A model generated the notes under the pieces. It was not told the DNA's origin and made no database searches. It saw only the letters and a program-made list of their open reading frames with translations. Of a stretch of 64,000 nucleotides of DNA, positions 46,248-56,409 are shown piece after piece (position 1 is the stretch's first letter; the number at the start of each line of letters is the position of its first letter). This DNA is from a virus. A program made the position numbers and the translations under genes. The stretch is from IMG/VR virus record IMGVR_UViG_3300046787_000130, positions 64,001-128,000 of that record; one strand, 5' to 3'.

Positions 46248-46961
46248 ATGAATCCGTGTATCGTATCATTTTTTATGAATAACATTGACCGTGAAACTGT
46301 AGACTTACAAGCAGCTGTTGTGCAGAAGTTTAACAAGAGCAATGTGAAGCATTACCTCATTAAGGTTGATGCTCCTCATGGAATTGCTATTGATTACTTC
46401 TGGGCAATGAATGGTCATAAACCGCATACGTTAGAAACATATGATATCAAAGCAACTCTAGACCATGATGTCATTCTGTTTCTAGACATTGATTGTATTC
46501 CTCTTCATGAAGATTCAATTGATACTTACCTTGAAGCAGCCGCAGCTGGAAAGATTATGGGTAATGCCCAACGGTCTAATCATATTGAAAACAATCAGCA
46601 TGTCTTTGCTGCGCCATCAGCTGCTGCCATCTCACTTGAGACATTTCTAAAACTTGAAAAGCCTTCAGGATTAGAAACAAAGCGCGGTGATGTTCTTGAA
46701 GAGTATACCTTTGCCGCCGAAAAGAGTGGCATCCAAGTTGACCTTTCAATGCCATTACGTTATGATAATCCTCCTAACCGTTACGATTGGGAAAAAGACC
46801 AGCCTCCATATTGGGCACTTGCTGATGGCATGCCTGTATATGGTATGGGAACAACTTATGGCGTTGACGGTAAGGAATTGTTCTTCCATAATTTCCAAAT
46901 TCGAATGGAAGGACAACAGGAAAAGTTTCAGACAAAGTGTAAGGAAATTCTAAATGGCTAA
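46248..46961 (+). CDS. Putative glycosyltransferase
   Basis: LFLDIDCIP (DxD); inside the sugar cluster. Confidence 0.6.
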   Translation: MNPCIVSFFMNNIDRETVDLQAAVVQKFNKSNVKHYLIKVDAPHGIAIDYFWAMNGHKPHTLETYDIKATLDHDVILFLDIDCIPLHEDSIDTYLEAAAAGKIMGNAQRSNHIENNQHVFAAPSAAAISLETFLKLEKPSGLETKRGDVLEEYTFAAEKSGIQVDLSMPLRYDNPPNRYDWEKDQPPYWALADGMPVYGMGTTYGVDGKELFFHNFQIRMEGQQEKFQTKCKEILNG

Positions 46962-47148
46962 TCGTAGTGATTTTCAGCGCGCAGTACTCCCCCGACAAAT
47001 CAAAAAGTTTTTGCTTGGTGGTAAGTTTAAAGATGCGCACGAGTATGGTTCAATGAAACGATTGTTTATTGAAGCCCACAGCATCAATCGTACTGCACGC
47101 AACCGTCGCACAACACTTCAACTAGAGACTTCTGACGCAGAAGGATGA
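46954..47148 (+). CDS. Conserved T4-like hypothetical protein
   Basis: LP..IK..L......H.....KR..I.A pattern. Confidence 0.6.
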   Translation: MANRSDFQRAVLPRQIKKFLLGGKFKDAHEYGSMKRLFIEAHSINRTARNRRTTLQLETSDAEG

Positions 47149-47396
47149 ACACTCTAGTTGAACTAAGGACTCTGTTCAGAGAGAACAGAGTTCCTGTAAC
47201 CGAATATGGTGGTTGGTATTTAAAATGCGGTAATGATTCTTGGGGCATAGTTGACGGAGAATACTATAAAAACTACGTCAAGGTTGACAAGAACTTTATC
47301 AAACAATATGTAATTGATAAGAGAATGCCTGCGAGAGCAAGAGCATTTAAAATTAATCCAAATAGGGGATATGAAGATGCCAGTGAGAGTGATTAA
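47145..47396 (+). CDS. Hypothetical protein
   Basis: ATGA coupling. Confidence 0.55.
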   Translation: MNTLVELRTLFRENRVPVTEYGGWYLKCGNDSWGIVDGEYYKNYVKVDKNFIKQYVIDKRMPARARAFKINPNRGYEDASESD

Positions 47397-47673
47397 ATCC
47401 GTAACCGGAGAAGAAGTGCTTGGCGATGTTGAAGAGATTCAAGGGGGATATCTAGTCTCCAATCCTGTAATTGTTATGCTGCGCGGAATGCCGCAAGGCG
47501 GACAGATGGGGCTTGAGTTTGTTCCATACATTGCTTATGCAGCAATCAAGTCTGTAGAGTTTGCTACGGATAAGGTAATTCACGTTTTAGAAGTAGACGA
47601 TTCAGTTAAAAACCAGTATAATACTATCTTTGGCGGCATTGTTGTGCCACCTAAGAATATTCTACTGGGGTAA
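47377..47673 (+). CDS. Conserved hypothetical protein (Sm-like) upstream of the polymerase
   Basis: K..TGEE..G, NQYN.IFG.I..P. Confidence 0.7.
   Translation: MPVRVIKSVTGEEVLGDVEEIQGGYLVSNPVIVMLRGMPQGGQMGLEFVPYIAYAAIKSVEFATDKVIHVLEVDDSVKNQYNTIFGGIVVPPKNILLG
47594..47622 (+). promoter_or_regulatory. Sigma70-type promoter for gp43, embedded in the upstream CDS
   Basis: TAGACG-17 nt-TATAAT. Confidence 0.5.
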
Positions 47674-47676
47674 AAC

Positions 47677-50205
47677 TTGAACTTCTATACTAATGTAGCC
47701 CTCTCAGGTCGAAACATCCTCCTGAGAGGGATTGAGAATGGACAGCGCATTCGCAGGAAGGTGGAGTATCAACCCACCTTCTTTTTGCCGTCTAAAGAAC
47801 CAACTGAATTTAAGACTCTGACAGGAGAGTACGTTGCTCCTGTTCAACCCGGCACTATTCCTGATTGCCGTGAGTTTGTTAACAAGTACAAAGATGTTGA
47901 CAACTTTGCCATCTATGGCAACACCCGATACAAGTATGCCTTCATTGGTGAAGAGTATCCTGGTCTAATTGATTGGGATATCTCTAAGATTCTTGTTGCA
48001 TATCTCGACATTGAGGTCGCATCTGATGACGGGTTTCCTGAACCTAAAGATGCTAACAAAGAAATCACCGCCATTACCATTAAACTTGGTAACAAGATTC
48101 ATACCTTTGGTTGCGGTGAATACAATAACACGCAAAGTCATGTAAAGTACCATAAGTGCGCTGATGAGTATTCATTGCTCAGTCAGTTCATTGACCTGTG
48201 GACTTTGTATTGCCCTGATGTTGTTACTGGTTGGAACGTCAATCTGTTTGACATCACTTACATCGTAAACCGTATCATCAACCTTATGGGTGAGAGTGAA
48301 GCAAAGAAACTCTCTCCATGGAATCAGGTTCATGCGCGAGAGACAACTATTCAGAATCGTACATTCCAAGTGTATGATATTGTTGGCGTGAGTGTACTTG
48401 ACTATCTTGATTTGTACAAGAAGTATCCGATGCCCAAGTCGCAAGAGTCTTGGAAGTTGGACCATATCGCATTTATTGAACTTGGTGAAAACAAGTTAGA
48501 CTACTCTGAGCATGGCTCTTTGTTTAGTCTATACAAGGAAGATTTTCAGAAGTTTATTGACTACAATATTCGTGACGTTGAACTTGTTGCTAAGTTGAAT
48601 GACAAGGGTCGATTGATTGACCTTGCTCTGACTCTAGCCTATGTTGCTAAGGTAAACTACGATGACGTGTTTGCTCAAGTGACAATGTGGGATGCTATTA
48701 CCTATAATCATATGCTTGAGAAAGGTATTGTTGTTCCGCAGCCAAAGGACAAGAGCAAGAAGGAACAATATGCCGGCGCGTATGTTAAGGAACCTGTTCC
48801 TGGCGCATATGATTACGTTGCATCCTTTGACTTGAACTCTCTGTATCCGCATCTAATCATGCAATACAATATCTCTATGGAGACTCTAATCCAGCCTGAT
48901 GCATATTCATTAGAGATGAAGGCTATCCGTCAGAGTGATATGTCTGTAGATGAGTTGCTATGTAAAGGCGTGTACACTGACTTCCTAGTTGGACAGGATG
49001 CTACGATGGCGGCTAATGGTCAGTTCTTCAAGCGTGATAGAATGGGCATGATGCCTGAGATTATGGACTTGATGTATAAGGATAGAACCAAGTACAAGAA
49101 CATGGCTCAGGATGCTAAGAAGAAGTTACAGACTGTTCTTGGTGATAAGAAGCAGGTTGAGTATCTTGAAAAGGAAGTCTCGCGATATAACAATCTACAG
49201 TTGGCAATGAAGGTTACTCTAAACTCCGCTTATGGCGCGATGGGTAACAACTACTTCCGATTCTTTGATTTGCGTATTGCTGAAGCCATTACCTACTCTG
49301 GTCAGTTGTCTATCCGTTGGATTATGAACAAAGTCAATCAGTACATGAATAGTGTGCTCAAGACAAACAAGGATTATATTGTTGCGTCTGATACTGACTC
49401 CATCTATATCCATCTTGGACCGCTAATTGAGAAGGTTGGCATCACGGATAAGAAGAAAGCCATTGACTTCATGAACAAGGTTTGTGAGGAGAAGATTCAG
49501 CCATACATCGACAAGTCATTCCAAGAACTGGCTGAGTATCTAAATGCTTATGACCAGAAGATGTTCATGAAGCGCGAATCTCTTGCTGACAAGGCTATCT
49601 GGACTGCGAAGAAGAATTATCTTCTTAATGTTTGGGATGATGAGGGTGTCGTATATAAGGAGCCTAAGATTAAGATTGTTGGCATGGCTGCGGTCAAGTC
49701 ATCAACTCCATCTGCTTGCCGGTCTAAGATTCGTGAAGCAATCAAGATTATGATTCAGCAAGATGAAGCCACAATGATTCAGTTCATTGATAAGTTTCGT
49801 AATGAATTTAAAACTCTGCCTCTTGAAGAGATATCATTCCCCCGTGGCGTGACTGGTCTTGCTGAATACTCTGATGGCTCTAACATCTACAAGAAGGGTA
49901 CTCCAATCCACGTCAAAGCCTCGCTGACCCATAATCATTTTATTGATGCGATGCGTCTTACCAAGAAGTATCAACTCATCAAGGAAGGTGAAAAGATTAA
50001 GTTCATCTATCTGAAGGAACCTAATCCATTTAGAAATAATACACTTGCGTTCATGAATGAAATGCCAAAAGAGTTTAATGCCGAGAGATACATAGATTAT
50101 GACCTCCAGTTTGAGACATCTTTCCTAAAGCCGTTGCGTATCATCCTTGATGCGATTGGTTGGAAGACTGAGCAGGTCAATTCAATCGACGACTTTTTCG
50201 GGTAA
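47677..50205 (+). CDS. gp43: DNA polymerase, family B
   Basis: DIE exonuclease motif, DLNSLYP, K..LNSAYG, DTDS; TTG start; no intein. Confidence 0.98.
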   Translation: MNFYTNVALSGRNILLRGIENGQRIRRKVEYQPTFFLPSKEPTEFKTLTGEYVAPVQPGTIPDCREFVNKYKDVDNFAIYGNTRYKYAFIGEEYPGLIDWDISKILVAYLDIEVASDDGFPEPKDANKEITAITIKLGNKIHTFGCGEYNNTQSHVKYHKCADEYSLLSQFIDLWTLYCPDVVTGWNVNLFDITYIVNRIINLMGESEAKKLSPWNQVHARETTIQNRTFQVYDIVGVSVLDYLDLYKKYPMPKSQESWKLDHIAFIELGENKLDYSEHGSLFSLYKEDFQKFIDYNIRDVELVAKLNDKGRLIDLALTLAYVAKVNYDDVFAQVTMWDAITYNHMLEKGIVVPQPKDKSKKEQYAGAYVKEPVPGAYDYVASFDLNSLYPHLIMQYNISMETLIQPDAYSLEMKAIRQSDMSVDELLCKGVYTDFLVGQDATMAANGQFFKRDRMGMMPEIMDLMYKDRTKYKNMAQDAKKKLQTVLGDKKQVEYLEKEVSRYNNLQLAMKVTLNSAYGAMGNNYFRFFDLRIAEAITYSGQLSIRWIMNKVNQYMNSVLKTNKDYIVASDTDSIYIHLGPLIEKVGITDKKKAIDFMNKVCEEKIQPYIDKSFQELAEYLNAYDQKMFMKRESLADKAIWTAKKNYLLNVWDDEGVVYKEPKIKIVGMAAVKSSTPSACRSKIREAIKIMIQQDEATMIQFIDKFRNEFKTLPLEEISFPRGVTGLAEYSDGSNIYKKGTPIHVKASLTHNHFIDAMRLTKKYQLIKEGEKIKFIYLKEPNPFRNNTLAFMNEMPKEFNAERYIDYDLQFETSFLKPLRIILDAIGWKTEQVNSIDDFFG

Positions 50206-50210
50206 CAAAA

Positions 50211-51068
50211 ATGGGATACTTAGCACTACTAGCAGGCTTGCTCCTTTCAGGAACTGCCGCATACTACTCTATTGTCGGCTTGATGGCAATCTTTCCCGGC
50301 TCAACTATTGCTATTGTTGCAATGGGCGCAAGTCTGGAGTTTGCCAAACTTGTCGTTGCATCATGGTTGTATCGTAATTGGAAAGCAGCCCCGCTGTTTT
50401 TGAAGAGTGTGTTTTGTACTGGTGTAGTGATTCTGATGTTCTTCACGTCAATGGGCATCTTTGGATTCTTATCCAAATCTCATCTTGAGCATACTGCTAG
50501 TATGGGTGCTGATACGTCTTATCAGATTGCTTCATATGAACAGCAGATTGGTTCCAAAGAGAAGACCATCAAGTTGATTGAGCGTCAGATTGATACTCTT
50601 GATAACTCAATGATTAAGTATCTGGAACAGGGTAAAGTCTCTACAGGATTACAGCAGCGTAATAAATTAAAAGCAGACCGAGGCGCACTTGAAAAGCAAC
50701 GCCAAGTTGCTGAGTCTGAATTGATTGATTTGAATACTAAGATGAATGCATTGAAGATTGATAATGCAAAACGTGAAGTTGAGGTTGGTCCGCTTAAATA
50801 CATTGCTGAATTGATTTATGGCAGTGATGCCAAGAACCACTTTGATTCTGCTGTACGGGCTGTAATCATCCTTATTGTTGCCGTGTTTGACCCACTGGCT
50901 GTATTGTTACTGATTGCAGCCAATATGAGTTTCATGGGAACCAATACAAAGAAAAAACCTTCCAAGAAGGTTGCCTCTACAAAGAAACCGAAGTATAATA
51001 ACGATAACCTTTACACCGTCATGATGAATGACGAATTTGGTATACAGCACAAAAAGGATATACAATGA
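50211..51068 (+). CDS. Membrane protein with coiled coil
   Basis: Three N-terminal TM segments, GIFGFLSK.H, EVGP.KYIAE, VFDPLA..L. Confidence 0.75.
   Translation: MGYLALLAGLLLSGTAAYYSIVGLMAIFPGSTIAIVAMGASLEFAKLVVASWLYRNWKAAPLFLKSVFCTGVVILMFFTSMGIFGFLSKSHLEHTASMGADTSYQIASYEQQIGSKEKTIKLIERQIDTLDNSMIKYLEQGKVSTGLQQRNKLKADRGALEKQRQVAESELIDLNTKMNALKIDNAKREVEVGPLKYIAELIYGSDAKNHFDSAVRAVIILIVAVFDPLAVLLLIAANMSFMGTNTKKKPSKKVASTKKPKYNNDNLYTVMMNDEFGIQHKKDIQ
50971..50999 (+). promoter_or_regulatory. Sigma70-type promoter for uvsX, embedded in the upstream CDS
   Basis: TTGCCT-17 nt-TATAAT. Confidence 0.6.
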
Positions 51069-52132
51069 GTTTGCTTGAAAAGTTAAAGAAGAATACCACT
51101 ATCAAGGATTCTGCCATCCTTGCTAAGTCTAAGTTTTTTGATGCTAAGGATATGATTCCCACTAGCATTCCTGCTCTCAATATTGCCTTGTCTGGCAGTC
51201 TTGATGGCGGCTTTGCTCCTGGTCTTACAATCTGGGCTGGTCCATCTAAGCACTTCAAGACTGCTTTCACCTTGCTTATGGTCAAGGCATATCAGGACAA
51301 GTATCCTGACTCTGTAGTTCTGTTCTATGACTCTGAGTTTGGTAGTCCGAAGAGTTACTTTGAATCTTTCGGTATTGATACTGACCGTATTGTTCATACT
51401 CCAATCACGGACATTGAACAGTTGAAGTTTGATATCATGAAGCAACTCAAGGAAATCAATCGCGGTGAGCGTATCATGATTGTACTTGACTCCATTGGTA
51501 ATCTTGCTTCCAAGAAGGAAGTTGATGACGCACTAGATGGTAAGTCTGTTGCTGATATGTCTCGCGCCAAGCAGATTAAGTCTCTGTTCCGTATGGTAAC
51601 ACCGCACCTCAATCTCAAGGACATTCCTATGATTGCTGTTGCACACATCTACATGACGCAGGAAATGTACTCTAAGCCTGTCGTGTCTGGTGGTACTGGT
51701 CCATACTACTCCGCTGATAACATCTACATTGTTGGTCGTCAGCAGGAAAAGGAAGGTACTGAACTTGTTGGTTACAGTTTCATCGTCAACGTTGAGAAGT
51801 CTCGTTGTGTTCGTGAGAAGGCTAAGATTCCTATCACTGTAACCTACGAAGGTGGAGTCAGCAAGTGGTCTGGTTTGCTTGATATGGCTGTTGAATCTGG
51901 TCACGTCATTAAGCCATCTATGGGTTGGTATGCTCGTGTTAACAAGGAAACTGGTGAAGTTGAACCCAAGAAGTATCGCATCAAGGATACTGATACCAAG
52001 GAATTTTGGACTCCTATTCTTGAGTCTGCGTCTTTCAAGGAATGGGTAAACACCAACTACCAGTTCTCTAATTCCGTTGCTGCAACATTGACAGAGGAGT
52101 CTGACGATGAGTATGAAGTCGATGATGAATGA
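51065..52132 (+). CDS. uvsX: RecA-like recombinase
   Basis: AGPSKHFKT, YDSEFG, DSIGNLASKKE, SGGTG. Confidence 0.97.
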   Translation: MSLLEKLKKNTTIKDSAILAKSKFFDAKDMIPTSIPALNIALSGSLDGGFAPGLTIWAGPSKHFKTAFTLLMVKAYQDKYPDSVVLFYDSEFGSPKSYFESFGIDTDRIVHTPITDIEQLKFDIMKQLKEINRGERIMIVLDSIGNLASKKEVDDALDGKSVADMSRAKQIKSLFRMVTPHLNLKDIPMIAVAHIYMTQEMYSKPVVSGGTGPYYSADNIYIVGRQQEKEGTELVGYSFIVNVEKSRCVREKAKIPITVTYEGGVSKWSGLLDMAVESGHVIKPSMGWYARVNKETGEVEPKKYRIKDTDTKEFWTPILESASFKEWVNTNYQFSNSVAATLTEESDDEYEVDDE

Positions 52133-52541
52133 TTTTATTGCTAAACTAGAGTTTAGGCGCGCAAGTCGAATTAAACTGGACAAAGACTATCAGTTTATGC
52201 TTGACATCAGTAACCCTACCGCATTTTCGGTTAGGGTTCTGAAGAAGAAGTTTGAAGGTGTTATCATTGAATACACCAACATAGAGTTTGGTGATGATGG
52301 ACAGTTTCACTTTGATGCTAATGTAATTGCTAACCCAAACCTAAAGAATGTCGAATCTAAAGCATTCAGAACCTTTACTTCTGACATTATGCGCGGTATA
52401 ATTACTGAGTCGGTTAGGCACGCGGAGAAGATTATTAATGAAAACGGAACACTTGATTCTGTCGAGTCTATTGAAGAACGAGCCGTTTATGCGGAAGACG
52501 ATTCCGTATCTGAAGAGCGAGTATCTAAGCGAAAGTCATGA
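52107..52541 (+). CDS. Hypothetical protein, gp40-like by position
   Basis: Between uvsX and gp41; GAGGAG RBS. Confidence 0.5.
   Translation: MSMKSMMNDFIAKLEFRRASRIKLDKDYQFMLDISNPTAFSVRVLKKKFEGVIIEYTNIEFGDDGQFHFDANVIANPNLKNVESKAFRTFTSDIMRGIITESVRHAEKIINENGTLDSVESIEERAVYAEDDSVSEERVSKRKS
52374..52402 (+). promoter_or_regulatory. Sigma70-type promoter for gp41
   Basis: TTTACT-17 nt-TATAAT. Confidence 0.55.
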
Positions 52542-53802
52542 GAAGAAAGTTTTTGAAGAAATTCAAAACTTCGTAACTAAATACAATACTCTTCCATCTC
52601 CTGCGGCAGTACACCTTGCGCTGAAAGCCCGTACTGATGTGACTGAGCCAGAACTGAAGCGAGCAGTTGAATTGCTCGCTGAGGCATCCAAAGACAAATC
52701 AGAACATCGTTTGGAATGGCTAATTGACGAAACTGAGAAGTTCTGTCAAGAGAAGGCAGTCTACAATGCAATCATGGATTCTATTCAAATCCTCGACGGC
52801 AAAGATACTAACAAAGGCAAAGGCGCCATTCCAACTCTGTTGTCTGATGCCCTTGGGGTTAGTTTTGACCCTAATGTTGGGCATGACTACATTGATAACA
52901 GTGATTCCCGCTATGATTTCTATCATCGCGTTGAGAAGCGTATCCCGCTTGACTTGGAATACTTTAACGTCATTACAAAAGGCGGGTTTCCTCAGAAGAC
53001 TCTAAATGTTGCGCTTGCCGGCACTGGTGTTGGTAAGTCAATGTTTATGTGTCATCTGTCCGCAAGTTGTTTGTTAAAGAACTACAATGTTCTCTACATT
53101 ACTCTGGAAATGGCGGAAGAGCGTATTGCTGAACGTATTGATGCTAACCTGCTTGATGTTACCCTAGATGACCTTGCTGTCATGCCAAAGGATGTTTTTG
53201 ACCGTAGAATGGAACGGTTGAAGAAAAACGTAAAGGGCAAACTCATCATCAAAGAGTATCCTACTGCTTCAGCAAATGCTGCTCACTTTCGTGCGCTGCT
53301 AAATGAACTTGAGTTAAAGAAAAACTTTAGACCTGATATTATCTGCATTGACTATCTAAACATCTGCGCATCAGCGCGAATCAAGGCTGGCGCTAATGTC
53401 AATTCATTTACTTACATCAAGGCAATCGCAGAAGAGTTGCGCGGATTAGCAATGGAACGCAAGGTTCCTATCATCACCGCTACTCAGACTACCCGTTCAG
53501 GCTTTACGAATTCTGACCCTGGTCTTGAAGATACCTCTGAATCATTTGGTCTGCCTGCGACAGCTGACTTTATGTTTGCTCTCATTTCTACTGAAGACTT
53601 AGAGAAGATGGGACAGATTATGGTCAAGCAACTGAAGAACCGATATGGTGACCCAAACAAGCACAAGCGGTTTGTTGTTGGTATTGATAGGGCTAAGATG
53701 CGCTTGTATGACCTAGAACTGAATGCACAGACTGATATTGTGCAGGAAACTCAGTCATCTCCGCAGAATTCTAAGGATAAATTTAAGAATCTCAAGATAT
53801 AA
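52438..53802 (+). CDS. gp41: Replicative DNA helicase
   Basis: AGTGVGKS, TLEMAEE, IDYLNI, AEELRG, SESFGLPATAD, QLKNRY. Confidence 0.97.
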   Translation: MKTEHLILSSLLKNEPFMRKTIPYLKSEYLSESHEKKVFEEIQNFVTKYNTLPSPAAVHLALKARTDVTEPELKRAVELLAEASKDKSEHRLEWLIDETEKFCQEKAVYNAIMDSIQILDGKDTNKGKGAIPTLLSDALGVSFDPNVGHDYIDNSDSRYDFYHRVEKRIPLDLEYFNVITKGGFPQKTLNVALAGTGVGKSMFMCHLSASCLLKNYNVLYITLEMAEERIAERIDANLLDVTLDDLAVMPKDVFDRRMERLKKNVKGKLIIKEYPTASANAAHFRALLNELELKKNFRPDIICIDYLNICASARIKAGANVNSFTYIKAIAEELRGLAMERKVPIITATQTTRSGFTNSDPGLEDTSESFGLPATADFMFALISTEDLEKMGQIMVKQLKNRYGDPNKHKRFVVGIDRAKMRLYDLELNAQTDIVQETQSSPQNSKDKFKNLKI

Positions 53803-53805
53803 ATA
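53798..53805 (+). promoter_or_regulatory. T4 late promoter
   Basis: TATAAATA. Confidence 0.7.
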
Positions 53806-53836
53806 GGATATCCGTGGAATTCTTAGAGAGCAAACA

Positions 53837-54577
53837 ATGGCTGGTACATCCGCAGAAAGACAGGAATCTGGCTTAATCCGTAAAATTAAAGCCGCTATCA
53901 AGGCTAATAAAAACAATCCTGTAACTATTGTTTTTGCTAACGGCAAGAAACTTACTGGCGTTACTGATGCTATGAAGTATAACGGGCGACAGACTTCTGG
54001 TTCAGAACCATATACTGATGTTATTATCCTCCAAGGCAAGAAGAAAGTTAATCTCTCTTTGAAAGGTGAATCAGCCCCATCTTTGGCTGGTGGCGGTCTT
54101 CGCGGAATTGAAATGGCGGCTCCTGGTCTTGGCGCTAAGTTTTTCAAAGCCGCTTATGACCACCTTAGAGATAACCTACAACTAAGTCCTGGTGATAAAG
54201 TACCAGATACATATGGTAAGATTCCAAGTCGTCTTGTTGAGGATATTGTCGTAGGTAATGCTAGCATGGGTGGACCAATTGACTATATGTACATTGGACC
54301 AATGACCGTTGGCGGTCCAGCCTATGACGCTAAGAAGAATATTCTTAAAGTTGATGGTAATCTATATGAAGCAAAAGAGTATGCCAAGAAGCATACGCTA
54401 TACTTCAGATTGCGCGCAAGAAGAGAAGACCAGCGTTTTGACCCTGGCGCTAAAGATAATAAGGGTGTACCTAAGATTTATGGCAAATCGCCATCAAGAG
54501 GCGATAGTGCTGGGCGCATTGTTGTAGTGAGCGGAGATTCTCTTCCTAATAATGCAGAGACAGTATCACTTAGATAG
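53837..54577 (+). CDS. Hypothetical protein, possible PD-(D/E)XK-like nuclease
   Basis: ERQE...TDV.......NLSLK pattern. Confidence 0.5.
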   Translation: MAGTSAERQESGLIRKIKAAIKANKNNPVTIVFANGKKLTGVTDAMKYNGRQTSGSEPYTDVIILQGKKKVNLSLKGESAPSLAGGGLRGIEMAAPGLGAKFFKAAYDHLRDNLQLSPGDKVPDTYGKIPSRLVEDIVVGNASMGGPIDYMYIGPMTVGGPAYDAKKNILKVDGNLYEAKEYAKKHTLYFRLRARREDQRFDPGAKDNKGVPKIYGKSPSRGDSAGRIVVVSGDSLPNNAETVSLR

Positions 54578-54584
54578 GTAATTT

Positions 54585-55520
54585 ATGACTGTACTTGTGA
54601 CTGGTGGATTGGGCTTCATTGGCTCAAATTTTGTTATTCGTCATCTTGAAAAGTATCCTGATGAACGAGTAGTTGTTGTAGATAATGAATCTTATGCTGC
54701 TTCTAGGACAAATTTGTCTTGTGTTGCAGATAAGGTAATCGTACACAAAGTTGACATTGCCGATAAAGATAGAATGAATAAGGTGATGGCAAAGTATATG
54801 CCGCACATCATCTACAACTTTGCGGCTGAATCTCACGTTGATAACTCTATTGCAGATGATTCTGTATTTTATCAGACTAATGTGATGGGTACACTTAACC
54901 TTTTACATCTGGTAAAAGAATATCAAATCAAGTTGCTTCACGTATCAACAGATGAAGTCTATGGCTCTTTGTCTCTAGATACAACTGATGTCTTTACTGA
55001 AAAGACTCCGTACAATCCGTTGAATCCATACTCTGCTAGCAAAGCCGCATCTGACCATATGGTGCGCGCATATGTCAATACGCATAAGATTAAAGCAGTT
55101 GTAACTAATTGCTCTAACAACTATGGACCAAGACAGCATAGCGAGAAATTAATTCCTACAATCATCCGTAGGGCTAAGGCTAATATGACCATTCCCATCT
55201 ATGGTAATGGCTCTAACGTTCGCGATTGGTTGTATGTAGATGACCACTGTGATGCGTTGTTGCGTATTAATGAAGCCTTTGTATATGGAGAACGATACAA
55301 CATTGGCGGTCATAATGAACTGACCAATCTGTCTCTTGCGCGATACATTCTTGACCTTATGGGCAAACCTCGCAGCCTAATTGAGTTTGTCAAAGACCGT
55401 CCCGGGCATGACGCTAGATATGCTATATCCACTAAGAAAATTGAAAAAGAACTTAAGTGGCGTCCTACAACAACCCTTGAAGTTGGTATGAAGAAGACAT
55501 TGGAGTATTATAATGCGTAA
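54585..55520 (+). CDS. rmlB: dTDP-glucose 4,6-dehydratase
   Basis: TGGLGFIGSNF, AAESHVD, STDEVYG, YSASKA, NCSNNYGP. Confidence 0.96.
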   Translation: MTVLVTGGLGFIGSNFVIRHLEKYPDERVVVVDNESYAASRTNLSCVADKVIVHKVDIADKDRMNKVMAKYMPHIIYNFAAESHVDNSIADDSVFYQTNVMGTLNLLHLVKEYQIKLLHVSTDEVYGSLSLDTTDVFTEKTPYNPLNPYSASKAASDHMVRAYVNTHKIKAVVTNCSNNYGPRQHSEKLIPTIIRRAKANMTIPIYGNGSNVRDWLYVDDHCDALLRINEAFVYGERYNIGGHNELTNLSLARYILDLMGKPRSLIEFVKDRPGHDARYAISTKKIEKELKWRPTTTLEVGMKKTLEYYNA

Positions 55521-56409
55521 AGGTATTGTTCTTTCTGGCGGTCTAGGAACCAGACTCTATCCATGCACAGAAGTTATCTCAAAGCAGCTGCTTCCTGTAT
55601 ATGACAAGCCATTAATCTATTATCCTATTGCTACGCTAATGTTGGCTGGCATTAGTGATATCATGGTCATTACCAATCCCGAAAACAATTTCCAGTTCCA
55701 GACTCTGTTGCGTGATGGTTCACAGTGGGGAATCAACATCTGTTATGCAACACAAAGAGAACCAAAAGGTATTGCTGACGCGTTGCTAATTGCTCAAGGA
55801 TTTATTGGTAAAGATGACTTTGCTCTAATCCTTGGAGATAACATCTACTACGGCAATGACCTTGTAAACCGTCTAGAGCGTTCAAATAGAGATGTTTGGG
55901 CTTCAACTTTGTTTGCTTATCATGTAAGTGACCCTGAACGTTTTGGTGTTCTTGAGTTTGGTGAGGATAACCAGCCAAAGCGTATTCTTGAAAAACCTGC
56001 TGTTGCCCCGTCTAATTACGCAGTGACAGGTCTATACTTTTACAAAAACATCGCACTACACTATGCAAATCAACTCAAGCCATCTCCTCGCGGTGAACTT
56101 GAAATTACAGACCTTAACAATCTGCTAATGCAAAACACTGAGGTTGAGATTGAGTTTATGAATCGCGGTATTGCTTGGATTGATACAGGCACGTTTGATT
56201 CTCTTGCTGAGGCATCAACCTTTGTCGCTTCTGTGCAGAAGCGCACTGGCACTATGATTTGTTGCCCTGAAGAGATTGCATTTAAGAATGGGTGGATTGA
56301 AAAGGCTGAGTTGCTAGAAGCAGCAACTAAGTACGGTAAATCTGATTATGGTACTTACTTGAGGAAGATTGCTGATGAACAAAGAGTTAGCCCAATACGT
56401 CGATATTAA
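55513..56409 (+). CDS. rmlA: Glucose-1-phosphate thymidylyltransferase
   Basis: GG.GTRLYP, KQLLPVYDKP, LGDN, EKP, RGELEITD, W.DTGT. Confidence 0.96.
   Translation: MRKGIVLSGGLGTRLYPCTEVISKQLLPVYDKPLIYYPIATLMLAGISDIMVITNPENNFQFQTLLRDGSQWGINICYATQREPKGIADALLIAQGFIGKDDFALILGDNIYYGNDLVNRLERSNRDVWASTLFAYHVSDPERFGVLEFGEDNQPKRILEKPAVAPSNYAVTGLYFYKNIALHYANQLKPSPRGELEITDLNNLLMQNTEVEIEFMNRGIAWIDTGTFDSLAEASTFVASVQKRTGTMICCPEEIAFKNGWIEKAELLEAATKYGKSDYGTYLRKIADEQRVSPIRRY

Noticed and set aside
51533-52183. 216-aa minus-strand ORF and other short antisense ORFs in the track
   Set aside because: Overlap well-supported core genes; no recognisable motifs
47677-53802. Introns or inteins in gp43, uvsX and gp41 (also gp17 and gp46)
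   Set aside because: Proteins are of normal length and uninterrupted
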